A stretch of 64,000 bases of DNA from NCBI GenBank assembly GCA_040954595.2, contig CM082588.2, forward strand, positions 2,239,027 to 2,303,026. Reading direction: 5' to 3'. This document shows positions 11,129 through 27,700 of this stretch, piece after piece. This DNA comes from Balanoglossus misakiensis (taxonomy: Eukaryota; Animalia; Hemichordata). Made by a program: the position numbers and the translations under genes. The first letter of the stretch is position 1; the number at the start of each line of letters is the position of its first letter. Under the pieces are notes generated by a model, which was given only the letters and a program-made list of their open reading frames with translations, made no database searches and had not been told where the DNA came from.

Positions 11129-14116
11129 TCACCTCTTGTACCTATCTCTTCGGTCTCTGTCTCTTTCTCTTTCCCTATCTCTGTCTCTACCACCTTCCCT
11201 GTCTCTATCTCTGTCCCTATGCCTGTCCATGTCTTTCTCTCTATGTCTGTCTGTGTCTCTATCCCTGTGTTCCTTCTTCCGGTGTTCTTTGAATCTGTGG
11301 CGGTCCTCGTCTTCAGAATCGTCCCTGTGAGATCTGGATTTCTGTTTTTCCTGAAAGTATTAAACATGGATACCAGTATTTATAATATGCAAATGTCACA
11401 TCACAACTTACAGTGTACAAAAAGGAATGATCCATCAGATGGATGAACAGATGTGCCCCTTTGGTAAACTTACTTTTGATTTTTTATGTTCTCTTTCTTC
11501 GCTGTCATCTCTCTTGTGCTTTCTCTTCTTTTTGTGACTTTGTTTGCTTTGCTTGTCAACCTCACCGTGTTTGCTGGGTTTTTCATCGTCGTCAAAAACT
11601 AGATCATAATTACTGTGAGAAGTTAAGGATGTCAATCACTATTTAACACAGTAGAGTAACAGAACATCAATCTCCTTGATTACTAGTATTAGTGTGTGTG
11701 TAAAAGTTACCAAGGTTTAGTTTTAATAGTTTATTTTTTTCTTCAAATGCCATCAAACTTAGAGCAGTGTAAAGGATACTCTTGTTTCCTTGATTTGTCT
11801 TTGACAACATACTGTGGTCCCTTCTGGCCTGTAAACTTCTTATTGCCTCCTAAAACAAATGAAGTAAACTCAGTGTGTTACTGTAGTATGGAACCAAAGC
11901 AAAGACTGTCAAAAAGTAACAGCTACTGGAGCTTTGATTTAAATGAATCAAGAAGTTGAGAAGAAATTTACCCAAGTTGTATTTGTCTTTCAACTTTGCC
12001 ACAGACTGACTGAAGTCTACATGTATTCTCCTGTCATCAATCAAAACATTGTCCATTTTGAAAAAGGCCTCTTCACAGTCTTCCTCCTGCAAGATCAAAC
12101 AAAAGCAGTGTGATTGGTTGCAACAAGTCATGTGACTCGATTGCATATCCAATGGAAACATCCCCATGTACAGTCTTGCACTGGCTTGATGTTCAAGATA
12201 GCATGGTCATCTTTATGAGTGACTGAAATTTTTCCTGGCTACAAGACTGAACAATTCTTGATCTTACAAGTCTTACCTTCTCAAATTCAATGAATGCATA
12301 GCAGAGTGAATCACCGGTTTTCTGGTCTCTTATCACATCACAACTGCAGGAAATAAAATTAAGAGGTGTTATTTACAGATTTGTAGAAGCACTCACTCAG
12401 TATCTAACCCACTCTGATGCTTAGTGAAACACGTACCTAGTTATTGGACCAAATCTTGAAAATATGGTCTCCAAATCTTCAGATGTGGTGACCGGGTTTA
12501 GTTTGCACACAAACAGTACATTTTCAGGGGGTTTGACATCAGCATCAGGCAAATCACCGACCTGTTAATAAAGAAGTCAAGGATAACGTCTCAACATTTT
12601 TCATTTTAATTCATCGGAATCATTCAGCATCAATAACTGACATCCTCATTTTTGTATGATAGATCTATCAATCATTTACATGCCGTACCATTTCTAAAAT
12701 CTGGGCCCTGGCTTTTTCTTCTCGTTGTTGGACCATCTCTTCAATCTCTTCCACACTCTTTCCTTTGGAGTCATCAATTTCTTCGTCAGCGCCAATTCTT
12801 CCAGTCTATGAGGTTGGGAGAAAGACAGAAAAAAATAGGTGTGTAACTGTCTAGGTGAATGGGTTTAACCATACCATTAATAGGGGTGAGTCATGGCTTG
12901 GTGGTAGATTTGATTAACATTTCAAATGTAGAGCTGGTAACTGGGTTTTTACTCACATCTAGTTGTTCCTTGGTTGGTTCTGGAGATCTGTCTGGGATCT
13001 CCAAATCTGGTGGATCATCAAAGGGGTCATCTAATATCACTGTGTGATTTATCCTGATATCCTGGTACGGTCTGTGATCTTTGTCCACAAAAGCTTCATT
13101 GATTTTCATCAGAATCTCTACTCCTTCACTGACTTCTCCAAACACTGTATGCACTCCATCCAAGTAATCAATGTTCTCGGATGTGGTGATCATGAACTGA
13201 AATTGCGGTCAAAGGTCAAGATGTTTAAGCAGACTCAGTTCAAGGGAGATGCCATGAAGTAATATAGAAAGGTAAGTGTTCAGAGTATAGAGAGTACATT
13301 GCAGATTGGCCACAAGTCTATACAGCTATGTGACCACAAAAAATCTGCCTTGTCCTGTAAAATCAAAAGGTGATTACATTTACCTGCGATCCATGGGCAT
13401 TGCTTCCATTGTTTACCATGGATACAGCCCCAAGTTTTCTGTGTTTTATCCTGGGTGCATTTTCCATCTCAAAATACTTGGCTTGATCACCATACAGTTT
13501 ACTGCAATAACAAAAATGTTTCCTTACCACTAAGAGCAAACTACACAACTCTTTCAGCCTTGCTACATAGATCTGTATCTATCTACATGTATTTCTGTTG
13601 CTTTTGTCTCTCTAAGTTTCTATCCAACTCTTTTCTTTCACAATTACACAGAAGGGATCAATAACTTTTAGAGAAACTCACCAGAAAACAGACTCGCCAC
13701 CTTTTCCAGTAGATGTAGGATCGCCTGTCTGTACTGTGAAATTCCTCTGAAAAAGTAGTCACAGTTGACAGGTATCATTTGATGGTTCATTGTGTTGGAT
13801 GGGTTCAGAGGGGGAAAATCAAAATTTCATTACACTGTCAAATAAACTGCCTACATACCTGTACCGAATGAAAGATGCAGTAATTGTAGTACTTGATCTT
13901 GCAGAGTTTTAGGAAGTTTAAACAGCCTACAAAAAAAGAAAGACAAAAAGTTGGCACCCTTCAATCATTCACTGAGACTGACATTGTAACAGTTAAAAAC
14001 ATTCACTTGTGTCCGCCGGTCCCATAGATTCGCAGACTAAACTTACATCGTGGTCTTTCCTTCGTGTACAAGTCAACTACAATATCACCGAGAGTAGTCT
14101 CTAACAGGACTGCCAT
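11129..14116 (-). CDS. PPIL4: Peptidyl-prolyl isomerase-like 4 (cyclophilin + RRM + RD-rich tail), multi-exon
   Basis: Starts [17 protein letters not shown]. Contains [35 protein letters not shown] motifs [14 protein letters not shown] and [19 protein letters not shown], and an R/D dipeptide tail ending at TGA 11131-11129. AATAAA on - at 10946-10951. Confidence 0.95.
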
Positions 14117-14532
14117 TTTACAGCTTTCTCCGTTCAGATGACTGAGGCACAGACGTCCACACACAAGTTTGTAAACAAGAGAACGATGAACGTTTACTAG
14201 TACGTGCAGGTCGCCATTACAGTGTTCCCCTTTACAGAATAGTTTGAACCTATCATTTTATTTTGAACATGTGTAGTCGAAATTGGTTCTGGCTGGAATC
14301 GCGATGTAATTCTAACGCGATCTTCCGAATCAAAATAAAAAGGGAGAAATATTGATCTAATAGGATAGATTTATATCCGAAATTGGTGTTTGGATCATGA
14401 ACAAAGAAATTTGGAAATATTTCACCACTGCGAATGAACTTTGACCCTGGTTGTCGAACACACAGTTTGTTAATTTTGCACTGATTTCATTGACTGATTA
14501 TCATACGATTCACAGCAACAGTACACATCGAG

Positions 14533-17249
<2,717 letters not shown>

Positions 17250-18076
17250 AAATCCCTTGTTGGTTTTCTTCACAATGCAACTTCAGAACTTTCTTTTAAT
17301 GCAACCATTCTAGAATGTCTCAAAAATCAATGTTAGTAAATCATGTGTAGTGTAATCTTATTTCTTCAGTCAAGCTGAATTGATCATCAATTTGAGGGTC
17401 TGTACTGGTTCATGAATGTAATTTATTAGTATGTATCTATATGTGAGAAAATTGTATTGTCGTACAGCAGATTTTTACTAAATAAACATGTACAAGCTAC
17501 ACGCACAAATGAAAAGACTGGAATTCTGCTTTTATGGAAGTAGGATGATACGATGTGGCAGCTACATACATTTTGCAAAAGTATGTCAGAATTTAACACT
17601 GTCTACTTGGACTCCTGAATTTCCTGAAGGGGTTCCATTTCATTCTTCGTTATTTAAAAGAGAATGTTACTTCCACTTTTAATAGACACATTCTGAGATG
17701 AACTGCAGAATGAAACATAAACCACAAACACAGTCTTGTTCTCAAACTTTATTTAAAAATAAAAAAGGACGTGTTCTCTAACATGTGGCTTGAAGTTGAA
17801 CAATAGAAGATACAATACAAGCAAAAGACTAATTTGATATGAACTATTGAACACATTTTATTAAATATCAACAAAAATTAGTACTCAGCTGAGAATTTTT
17901 GCTGGATACTGGTGACTTTCTATGAACAAATTGAAATATTTAAATGTGTCTTGTTCATGATTTGTATACTGCCAATAATGATGTCCAGAAGAACCTGTAT
18001 TCAATAATCCCGATGGTCCTACAGGTTCATACAGACCACTGCTTTCTTTTTTCCCTTGCAAATGAAAAACCAGTTT

Positions 18077-19135
18077 CTAAAATCTTCTGGCTGGAGCTCT
18101 TCCTGGAATAGTTATTGCAATGTCCAAATAATCTCCAATCTGGAACTGCGTCGATCCTAACGTTACATTGTCATCAGTCCCTTTCTTCCCTGAGCATGTG
18201 GTTCCAATTTCCCTCATCCGGTATCCTGATCGACGTAGATCTGGATAAACAACGGCAAAGTCGAAGAGCGTGCCCCTTCTTCTGGCATCCGGGTTCACCT
18301 CTTTCACGAGACTCGACAGTTCCTTCAGTGATGCATCCAACCTGTTGGTAATAAAAGTGAAGTGATTCAGAGTTATATACAGAAATAGAATGGACAAAAG
18401 TAGCATGCTTTCTTAAAAGTGAAATGCAAGCTCACAAATGCTGCTCACGTTGGAATAGCCTTCCAAAGTATCAGTACATTATCGATGATCACTGCTTACC
18501 ATGTGTAGATCTGTAGTTCATTGGCTGGAACCATATTTCCTCTGCCATACTCTGTGATTCTGTGGTGATTGTTGTAGTTGCAGAACACACGAAGCAAAAG
18601 TGGACAAGTCTGCAAATGGGAAATTAGTGAAATTAGTTCGTCAGATACTAATAGTCTGTAGACAGGGGTTTCCACAATGAAATCACTGTCACCGTGATGA
18701 AATTGATGGATAGTCAGATCAATGCAATGTTGACCGTAGGTGGCGCTCAGTTGAAGAAACAAAGCCAGCTGATAAAACTAAACATGTTATACGACGTCCA
18801 GCGATCGTAGGGCTTGTTAAGTTTTCTCATCAAAATATATATTACGTTCTGAGTCTTCTGTACAATATCAACAGAAATCACCCGGGAAATCTACAGGCTG
18901 GCCACCTGAAATTGATTACGTTGGCCTGTTTGGGCACACACTGTGGGTTGTCTGACGCTCGCTCTTGTGGCTTGAATCACAAAGGTGTAACATCAAAGCC
19001 AACGATTTGACATTTCCATTCTTATTGGATTCATGCGGTTTATAATGACAGTCTTACCTTTTCTCTGTCTACTGATTTCTGTGACTCTTTCTGAGTGTTA
19101 TCCACTTCCATAACGCGTGACTCTACGGCCGCCAT
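18077..19135 (-). CDS. SAP18: Sin3/HDAC-associated protein 18, 3 exons
   Basis: MAAVESRV..VDREK | TCPLLLRVFC..ELQIYTW | LDASLKELSSLVKEVNPDARRRGTLFDFAVVYPD..FQIGDYLDIAIT. Confidence 0.96.
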
Positions 19136-19160
19136 TTTGTTATGCGTCTGCGTACAAACG

Positions 19161-19206
19161 ATGCGCGCAAGCGCAGCGCATGTTTCGCTTGAGCGCCCCC
19201 TATGGG
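19161..19206. promoter_or_regulatory. SAP18 promoter: NRF1-like and CTCF-like motifs
   Basis: TGCGCGCAAGCGCAGCGCATG at about 19162-19182. GCGCCCCCTATGGG at 19193-19206 (reverse complement CCCATAGGGGGCGC). YY1-like AAAATGGCGG overlaps the start codon. Confidence 0.5.
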
Positions 19207-21720
19207 TGAGAATGCATATTTCTCACGCTTTTGGGCAATTCGTAATAACCTTTTGCCATACTTGTGATTTATTTAAAATAATATGGACAACAAGTGAAAA
19301 TGATAATGAGCTTTATGGATTGCAAAATTGTGGCCATGGCGACTGCCAGGGAGAAATATTGTCTCCAGTGTCGGTTCTTGTAGGCTCCTATATTGATCCG
19401 CTTCAATGGCGATGTTAAATTGCAATTTAAAGTCAACATGCATGCATGGTTTTAATTCCATTTTAAACGTCGATGCCGTATTTGATATGATTTCTGTTTT
19501 GTCCGTTGTTTCATTACGCTGGGATTATGTCAAAATAACCTATGGGGCTGAGCGGTATTATTTTCAGCAATACAAACACATAGATTGCATGTATCCTCGC
19601 GGTGTCACAATAAAACGCAATTACTTTCTGTTTGCCTTTCTTTTCCATTTCAAAACAGTCTGACAATGTCTGCGCATAAACCACAGCAAGTATGACCTAC
19701 AAACGAAAATACAGGCTGCGTCTAGATTGAGCATGTCCGCTATACTTACTTTAATTGTCGTTCGACGCATATTTTACTGCAAGATCGTTTACGCATGCAA
19801 CAAACCTGACCTGACTTGGCAAACGTTTCGCCCGAAGGAATGTTCCGTCGATGTCGTCATTAATTCATGCTCCATGATTGCGTGCTCGCTTTGTGATTCC
19901 TTCCGTACCACAATGTCGATAGAATCCATCGCCAGTGTTAGTTGAACTGATTTAGGCTATAAATTTGTAATAGGCTTTAACGCTAATGGCCGTGCACTTC
20001 AAGTAGGAAATGAAACGGCCATCCATCCTGTCATGATGGAAATTTCCCTTGTTGAGGACAACGTTTCCCTATCTTTCTTTTCGATTTCTGAAATGTGGTA
20101 TTATTTACTGCGTCGTTGTATTTTAATGTTAAAATGCAATCTTCACTGATAATCAAAATAAAAGGATACTGGTATAGGTCGTTAATTGATAGCACGTCAA
20201 AAGTCCAGGTCTTATTAAGGGATTTATGGACCATTTTTTTTTATATGAAAAGGATATCAAAAATGGTGAAAGAAAATGCGTTTTATTCAAAACCAACAAT
20301 ATCAGAACAGCTACTGCTTGTAAAAGCAATCATCATATGGCTTGAAACCGAACAACAAATACATTTGAAAAAAGTACATGCATGTTCCGCCTTGGTTATA
20401 AGCACAATGTTATATCATAATTTATTTAAATTCAGCAAGGAATGATTAATGTACTCAGTTTATAATCGGTCCAGTGTATCAATCAATATATACCTTGATT
20501 TTTTGTCAGGATTAGCACGATAGCACCCGGGTCGTCTAGAAGTAGCATTAGTGCAGATCGAAATCGAGGCTGAACAAGACCCAAAGCGAGGCAAAGATGG
20601 CCGCTTTCGAGTCTACCAATGGTACACAGGTAAGAGAGATTAGCATTTCCTCCTTGTGCAAAGATCAGAGGCACAGATTCTTAAATTTTCAAAACGTCAA
20701 AACCTGTTACATGTATAGTATCTGCATGCATCTAAGGTCACTCTTTCAGCTTAGTGGAAGACTGTCTAATAGCATGTTTCAGTCCGTTCCAATGTCGACT
20801 TTCAGTTGTTTATCATCTAATAATGTGGGCTAATTGTTGGAATAGGGAAAGTCATGAAATTTCATTTTGTGATAAACTTACGTAGTTTGAACAGAGGCAG
20901 AGTCACACTGCAGTTGCTCAAAATGCACACTTTGAAAATGTGTAATGCGTAGGTGTACAAACACAATGTGATGTTCATCGCCATTTTGGCAACGCTTAGG
21001 CGCAACCTGACCATAGAGGGAGCAATTTTCGGGTCGGTAACAAAAAGAGCAAAGTCTTTTCTTCTGTAAGCCACTCCAAGAAAAAAGGCCGGTCGGACAG
21101 TGAGAACTGGGAAATGCAAAACTTCGCAATAACTTGATACAATTCTATTTTTACTTTAACGGATGTAAATGTCTCATTTCTTGCCACTGGCTTCAGAAGT
21201 TCTTCCGGGTCGTGAAGAGTACCCACAGAAACAAAATCCCAGAGAAAGAAGAGATTATATTTTCAATATTTTAAATAATATTTCGATTATAATAATATAG
21301 TATCGTATTTTACATCACACGTACAGGACAGTCTTATCTTCTGTGGTTAAATTTATAAACAACTATTTGTATTTACACAATATGCACGCATGTCGCACCT
21401 TGACGTTGAACTCGGCCAATCACACCACTTTATCCGTCAATATGACCAATCAGGAACGGTGAGATTGTGGGCCCAGTTTGTCGGTGTCCTCACGGCGTGA
21501 AGGCTAAAAACGATGACAGACAAGGCAAATTTTACAGGTCATCAAGAGAAGATTATGGAACAGTCACCAGTGACGATAGAATTTGAGAGATAAGGCGGAA
21601 ATTGAAATATTGTCCTCTTGGACATAAAATAGTCAGTATTCCGAGTAAAACCACTTTGGCAACATGTACTTGACCACTATTTCTAGTTTACTGTTGGGTG
21701 GCACAGGAAGTACTTGTAGT

Positions 21721-24700
21721 TTAGCTCAAATCTCGCGCCAGAATTTCGCCCGAGTTCGTGATGCCTTCCACAATGTCTTCTGTCTGGGCCTTCATGTTAT
21801 TGACCAGTTCCCTAGCAACCTCGCACTTTCTCAAGTTCATTCTCATAAACTGTTTGGCGCGCAGTTTCTCCCACCACCGCAAGTCCAGTCTGTCGACAGC
21901 AATGAAAAACTGTTGCTGGTCATCGATGAGTTCCTGGAGGCCGGCCGCTGCCCTCGGAGCCAGGTCGAGAACAGCTTGAACGGCTTGACTCAACCCCCCT
22001 ATTGTGCGAATGGTCTGGTCCACAAGTTGAGGTATCATGGCGACGTCGCCAAACACACAAAGTTTAAAACCACCTTGCTCCTTGAATACAATACAGAGTC
22101 GGATATCTTCTGGAAACAAGACGAAATTGTGTCAGTAACATAGTCACATTTCATATAATAGTCTGATCCCAACATCTATGTAATAACACCGACAGCTTCA
22201 AGCGTCACCTTCAGATAACATAGTCCCTTACTGTTAATTACTTTTAAAATAAACTAGTGATGGCGCGGCATTATGAAAGCGAAGCTTGAGAAATCGGGTA
22301 CAGGTACGAGCAACGTTGTCCAGGGCACATACCGGTTTGAACAAATAGCCCAAGCACTTCTAATTGATCTCCGACTCCAGACATCATAAAACAACAAAAT
22401 GGCCGCCAGTGGACATTATGTGTGTGGACCGTACCACGACACAATTTGAAATCACTTGTGGTTTTACCATAGTACGATGTCGTGTTGTCAGTTTGGGATG
22501 AATTATACGGTTATAAACTCCAAGTATGAAAATCTACTGTGCCTTTTAAGCCAGCATAAATTATTTTTGTTGAAGCTTTGAACACTTTAAACACCATGAG
22601 ATGTGCGGAAGGATACAAATGGCACTCGTGTTAACTGGATTTTCATCGATAAAGACGAATTTCTCAACGCAAATTAAACTTTGAAAACTGACAACAAATC
22701 TTCCCAAACATTCATATAAAATTACAATGATTTCGGAGAAATATTCGTATTCTGTAGGGCTACACCATGTATAAAAATATAATTATATGTGTAACACGTG
22801 TGGCAGGTGATGAAACTGAGCACTGACACATTTATATAATGGATGCGGTTCTCACTGGTAGATGTAAATTTATACAATTTCGAATGTCTGGAATTTTCCT
22901 CTCCTAACCCCTTTCGTGCCATTAACCTGACTGACCCCCTGCTTTACATGTACTACGTCAATACGGCAGTAGCGATGTCAATAACCCCATGGCTACCTTT
23001 ATGAAGCCACGACCCGGCGCCATAAACCCATGTTAGACGGGCATTTATGGCAACGAAATCGATAAAGCATTCACTGAAAGGTGTTCAGCAGATTCTCCTA
23101 TCTGTCTACAAGACGGGCAGTAAAGAACGTTCATCACTGGCAAGCTGTGGCGTTTATCAGTCATTGACTTCGTCTGTGAATAATTTTGAACATTAGAATA
23201 TTTTCCATGAACGAGGTTGTTCATCATGGCGGCGTAGGAGTGTAGACAGAGAATCGCCATGAGGTTTGGAGAAGTGTCTCCGGCAATGCTTCGTTGTTTT
23301 TGTCGACTGTGGAACGAGAAATGTTAGATTGCAGACACAAACAATCATACTCACTGTATTGAGTTCTAAAATTAACAAAGCAGGTTTCAAAGGCATCGTC
23401 TATGGTGTATCCTACAAGCTGTTTGAATGTCTTCTCGGATTCCTTCATGGTTTTGTAGCTGTCTGTCAGGGCATTGTAAGGCTGTATCAACTCCAGAAAT
23501 ACTCTGTCGATGGAAGAAACTTGTATGTCTCTCAGTTCTAGTTTCTCTACACGCAGCGCCGTCGAAACCTTGAACTTTCTTACTGAAAAGTAAGAAATGG
23601 TGAGAATTGTTAGATCATATCTTAGAGACAAAATTGAAACAAATGATGGTTTGTTTATTTAATTCGCATTTTTGCATTTATTTATTCATATTTTCTAGCT
23701 CTTTTTCCGCCATTTGTAACTTTACTCCAACAATTTCAATTATCTTTTCGTAGTGTACAATGTATGTAAAGACGTTATAGAAACCGCCAACTCCTCATTT
23801 TGCAAGCGTTATTTCAATCAACCACGCCCACCCTCCCCGCACGCGTGAACGAATCAGAATTATACTATTCTGGAAACATGCCAGAATCGCGCTGCCTATT
23901 TGAGACAATAACGAGAGAATGAGATCTTTCAGAGTGCGGTATAATTGCCCGCGTCATTATCGAAAGGTTCGCCCCGCGAATTAAACTCACAAAATCAAAT
24001 TAGAGGTTGCTGGTTGGCAATCAACAAATGACCAATTATCCAAGCTAACTCGATAACTCAATTTGTTTGTAATAAATACCAAGCTCATCTGTATGACACA
24101 GATACCTAGTGCTGCAGTGTTCGAGCTCATGCAAATATTTCTCCTTTGGTCTGCACGGAGTGAGCAGTCTCGTATATGTGTAAACTACCGCGTGATAAAC
24201 CGTGACAATAACCGTCAATGACATGCCCTGGAGGTTGTTGCTTTTTCACTGCATACAAATTAAATTAAATTAATAATGTCGAAGTATTGAGCATCAGCAC
24301 ACAAGTGCCTACGCGCGAGAAAGTCTCTAACTCGATCGGAACTCTCGCGAGAAACCGCTGAATGGATAAAAAACCTCACCTCGGGCATTACTCTGCGTTT
24401 CTTTCAGTAACTCTTCCCCACACGGCGTGACAGGTGTCGTCGGTTCTGACGGCGTGTAGTTCGGCGGCCTGTCGTCCCCGATCAACTGATCGCCCTCCCT
24501 TGACGGTCGCTGCAACGAAAACGTACAAAAGTGACAGCCAGTCAGACTCATCATGCATGATTCAGAGCGGAGGGGAAATAAAATTCACTGCGTGTACGCG
24601 TACCCTACAGAAAAAGTTACACATGGATAAGCTCCTATATCACAAGACAACAGTCCCAACTCCCTATAGATTCGAAGAAAGGTATTCGCAATTTACGATC

Positions 24701-27700
24701 ACGCAAACGTGATATGACACATGTTATGGGCTTCTAGTCCTGACAGTAAATCCTAGAGAGTGACAAGCGGTGAGTTGTGCCAAATAATATCGTAAATTAC
24801 ATCAAAATTCCCCAACCTTTCGAGTCAACCCGATTATTTCAATCGAAGTAAGCGTACTGCTTAAGCGTTTACTCCGTGAAGAGTCTCACATGTGTGGTTT
24901 GTCGATCGATAGTGCCACTCTGTATTCTGAACGGTTTTGCTTTTATCGCTCCAATCGGTAGTCCAAATCTTAAATCGATCGCCGATTCGAATTAGTTATT
25001 TATTGCCATTGAGGTAGTGTCATTCCTATCGAAAAAACAATTTCTTAAACTTTTTCTAAAATGACAAAAAACTATCAGCCTCTTTAGTTTCACATAGCTT
25101 CGAATGTAATACATGTCATCACTAAGAATGTTACCTCATTTAATATTTCCAACGTCCAGGTTTATACAGGTTTCTTGTTGTATTGACGATTGAGGGGTCG
25201 CCACTGCAACGTCAATTTCGTTTTATCTTGAACTGCCAGTCAAATAAGGTTACAGGCGATATTTAAATGGCAGGAACGAATGGGTTTACCCACAAACATA
25301 CACGCGATGAACTGCGTATCTGTATTCTCGTGCCACGCTCCTGTCAAAAGCATATGTCTCATTTAATGACCTGAAGGGAACACAGCGAATCCATAATTTA
25401 CAATTTATGGCAATGGTAACACGTGATGACAAAGCTAGGAACATTATGAGCATTGAGAAGGAATGCAAAAACAAAATCATTTATGGCATTTGATCTATAA
25501 ACACTGCAAGCACTACTGTGACATTTGGAATAAATGTCAATCCTCACAAATTATTTGAACATTTGCAGAAAGAACTGGGATCTTACTCTTTTCTTGTGTT
25601 GCTATTTTATGTCCCCGTTGGATTACTAGTACTTCCACACACCGTCTGTATGCGATTATTCTGAAATTCCGCCGCTTTGTGAAAGGTATTCCCCCGGGGA
25701 AAGAGAACCTTTCACATCCGTGGGCGTTGTAAGATTGACTATAGATCATGTATTTGAGTGAGTCTGCCTTTCTCAAGAACTGAAAGTGCTTTTAGTAGAA
25801 ATTCGTCAGGTTAAGGTAAATGAATGATTTACAGCAATTATCAAAGTCCATCGGATTCTCTTTCCTATTGTGTGTGTCGACGTATTTCGGTTAGACGGGT
25901 AACGGGGCAGGGATACTACCCTCGATGTTCGTGAAGATTTCAATTAAGACCTCTATATTGTCCTTTGCCGTACTTGTAACAGAACAGTTCAGCCTTCAAA
26001 TAAGCGGAAATTGCTTTCGCTTAAAACAAACAAGAGCGTTCGACCAAAGGCAATGCGTACATTATGCATTGCATTTGCGACCCCTATGAGCATGGTGAGC
26101 AACGGCCATGCTGTGCGTGTGAGTGGAATCATCTGATTCGTTGACGTAAGAATTCGGGAATTCAAAGGAACACGTACTGAACTGTGATTGTATGGCCGGG
26201 GCAAGGTGTTAATAGTGTCAAACGATTTAAATCCCGGGCTGGGAAGAAATCGTAATCTTCACTGGGGAGGAACGAAATTAAAGCAAAAGCCCGGTCATCG
26301 AGCATTCCAGTGGTGTAGGCGCAGTATAACGGAGATTGATTTAGTTCTAAATTTATAGTGCCTGGCAACCGATAATTTCCTGGCGCAAACTAATATAAAT
26401 CGTTGGAGATACAGCGTTTTCTCGGTCTTGACGCGTGTACTTTTGTCGTTACGTAGTCCAATCTAGTCGATGACAGTCAAGCTAACATCACAGAAATCAA
26501 TAAAGATCAAACTGGTTCCATATTGCTCATGAAGAGTCCCGCGATTACGTTTTCGTGCTGAAACCATCGATCGTAAACAAACCTCTCCAATATATATCGT
26601 CAAACCTGAAGTTACTGCCGCTATTACGATAAACGAAGCACTGTGTTCGTCGAAATGCAACAGAATTCAAATTGATCTGGACATCTCCCAGTAAGCTTAG
26701 TTCGTAGTAGGCCTACAAACTAAAAGCCTACATCTCCAGCTTCATAAAGTGCCTATACTCACAGAACGGCACAGCTTGTACTCTCATGATTATTTTAAAT
26801 CACGAGCGGTCATGCCTCATCCGCAATCTTCATGTTTTATGCAAGTCTATTCGCTACTTTTCGTTGCAATTGCGTGGTGAGTTATGTTCGGGTCACTGAT
26901 CGCGTCAACTTTGCGTAGGCCATGTTACGTCAGTCGGACAGCGTCAACACAGTGCAAGAGGCCACCTGTAAATATCTTAGTTTTTCACAGTTGATGTCAT
27001 GTTTTTTAATCAAAATGGTACAAAGTAAATTGAAAGTTTTCGTTAACAAATTAAAATATGGGATATAACAATGTTCATTTATTTTTCCGATCTGTACAGG
27101 TTAATGGAAACCCCTAATATGTCTGTCTGCGTTGCTCGGGAAATGGACGACTACAGCAAAAGGGTACAGCTTTAGAAACACCTGTGGCATCGATCGGAAC
27201 AATGGCTGCAGATTTTGTCGGCAATTTAACAGGTATGGTACAGATGTCGTTATTCTCAGTTTTATTAACGTGTCTCTCGCCATCAGCGTTTGATTGACGT
27301 GTTCGTTGACGTCTGTGTGGCCGAGTCACTCGATGCAATTCTTCTTCCAAGACGTCTTCACGTCGCGAGTGTCTTGACACAATTCATTCCAAGAAAGACG
27401 AGCATCAATTACAGTTCCGGTGCTCTGACGTCAAATATAACTCAACCTCGGAGATAGCAAGGTAACGCGTAACCCTAGGCGACGTCAGGTGAACCGCGGA
27501 GCGACCTCCGACCCTGTATGCTAATCACGTGTTGATAGGCGAGACGCGCTATGCATGCATGTTAACAGGAATCCACTACAAACGCTGAGCATCACCTGCT
27601 TGACAAATCGATTACAGCAACGCGCGACCTTGAATTTGGGTCACCCGAACCGGCGGTTCCTCGTCACTGTTGCCATGGAAACAGACACTGAGACAAAGTC

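Noticed and set aside
27114-27380. 88-aa minus-strand ORF as an exon of the acylated-protein gene
   Set aside because: It has no suitable splice sites, and the 29392-29330 exon joins 24509 in frame without it.
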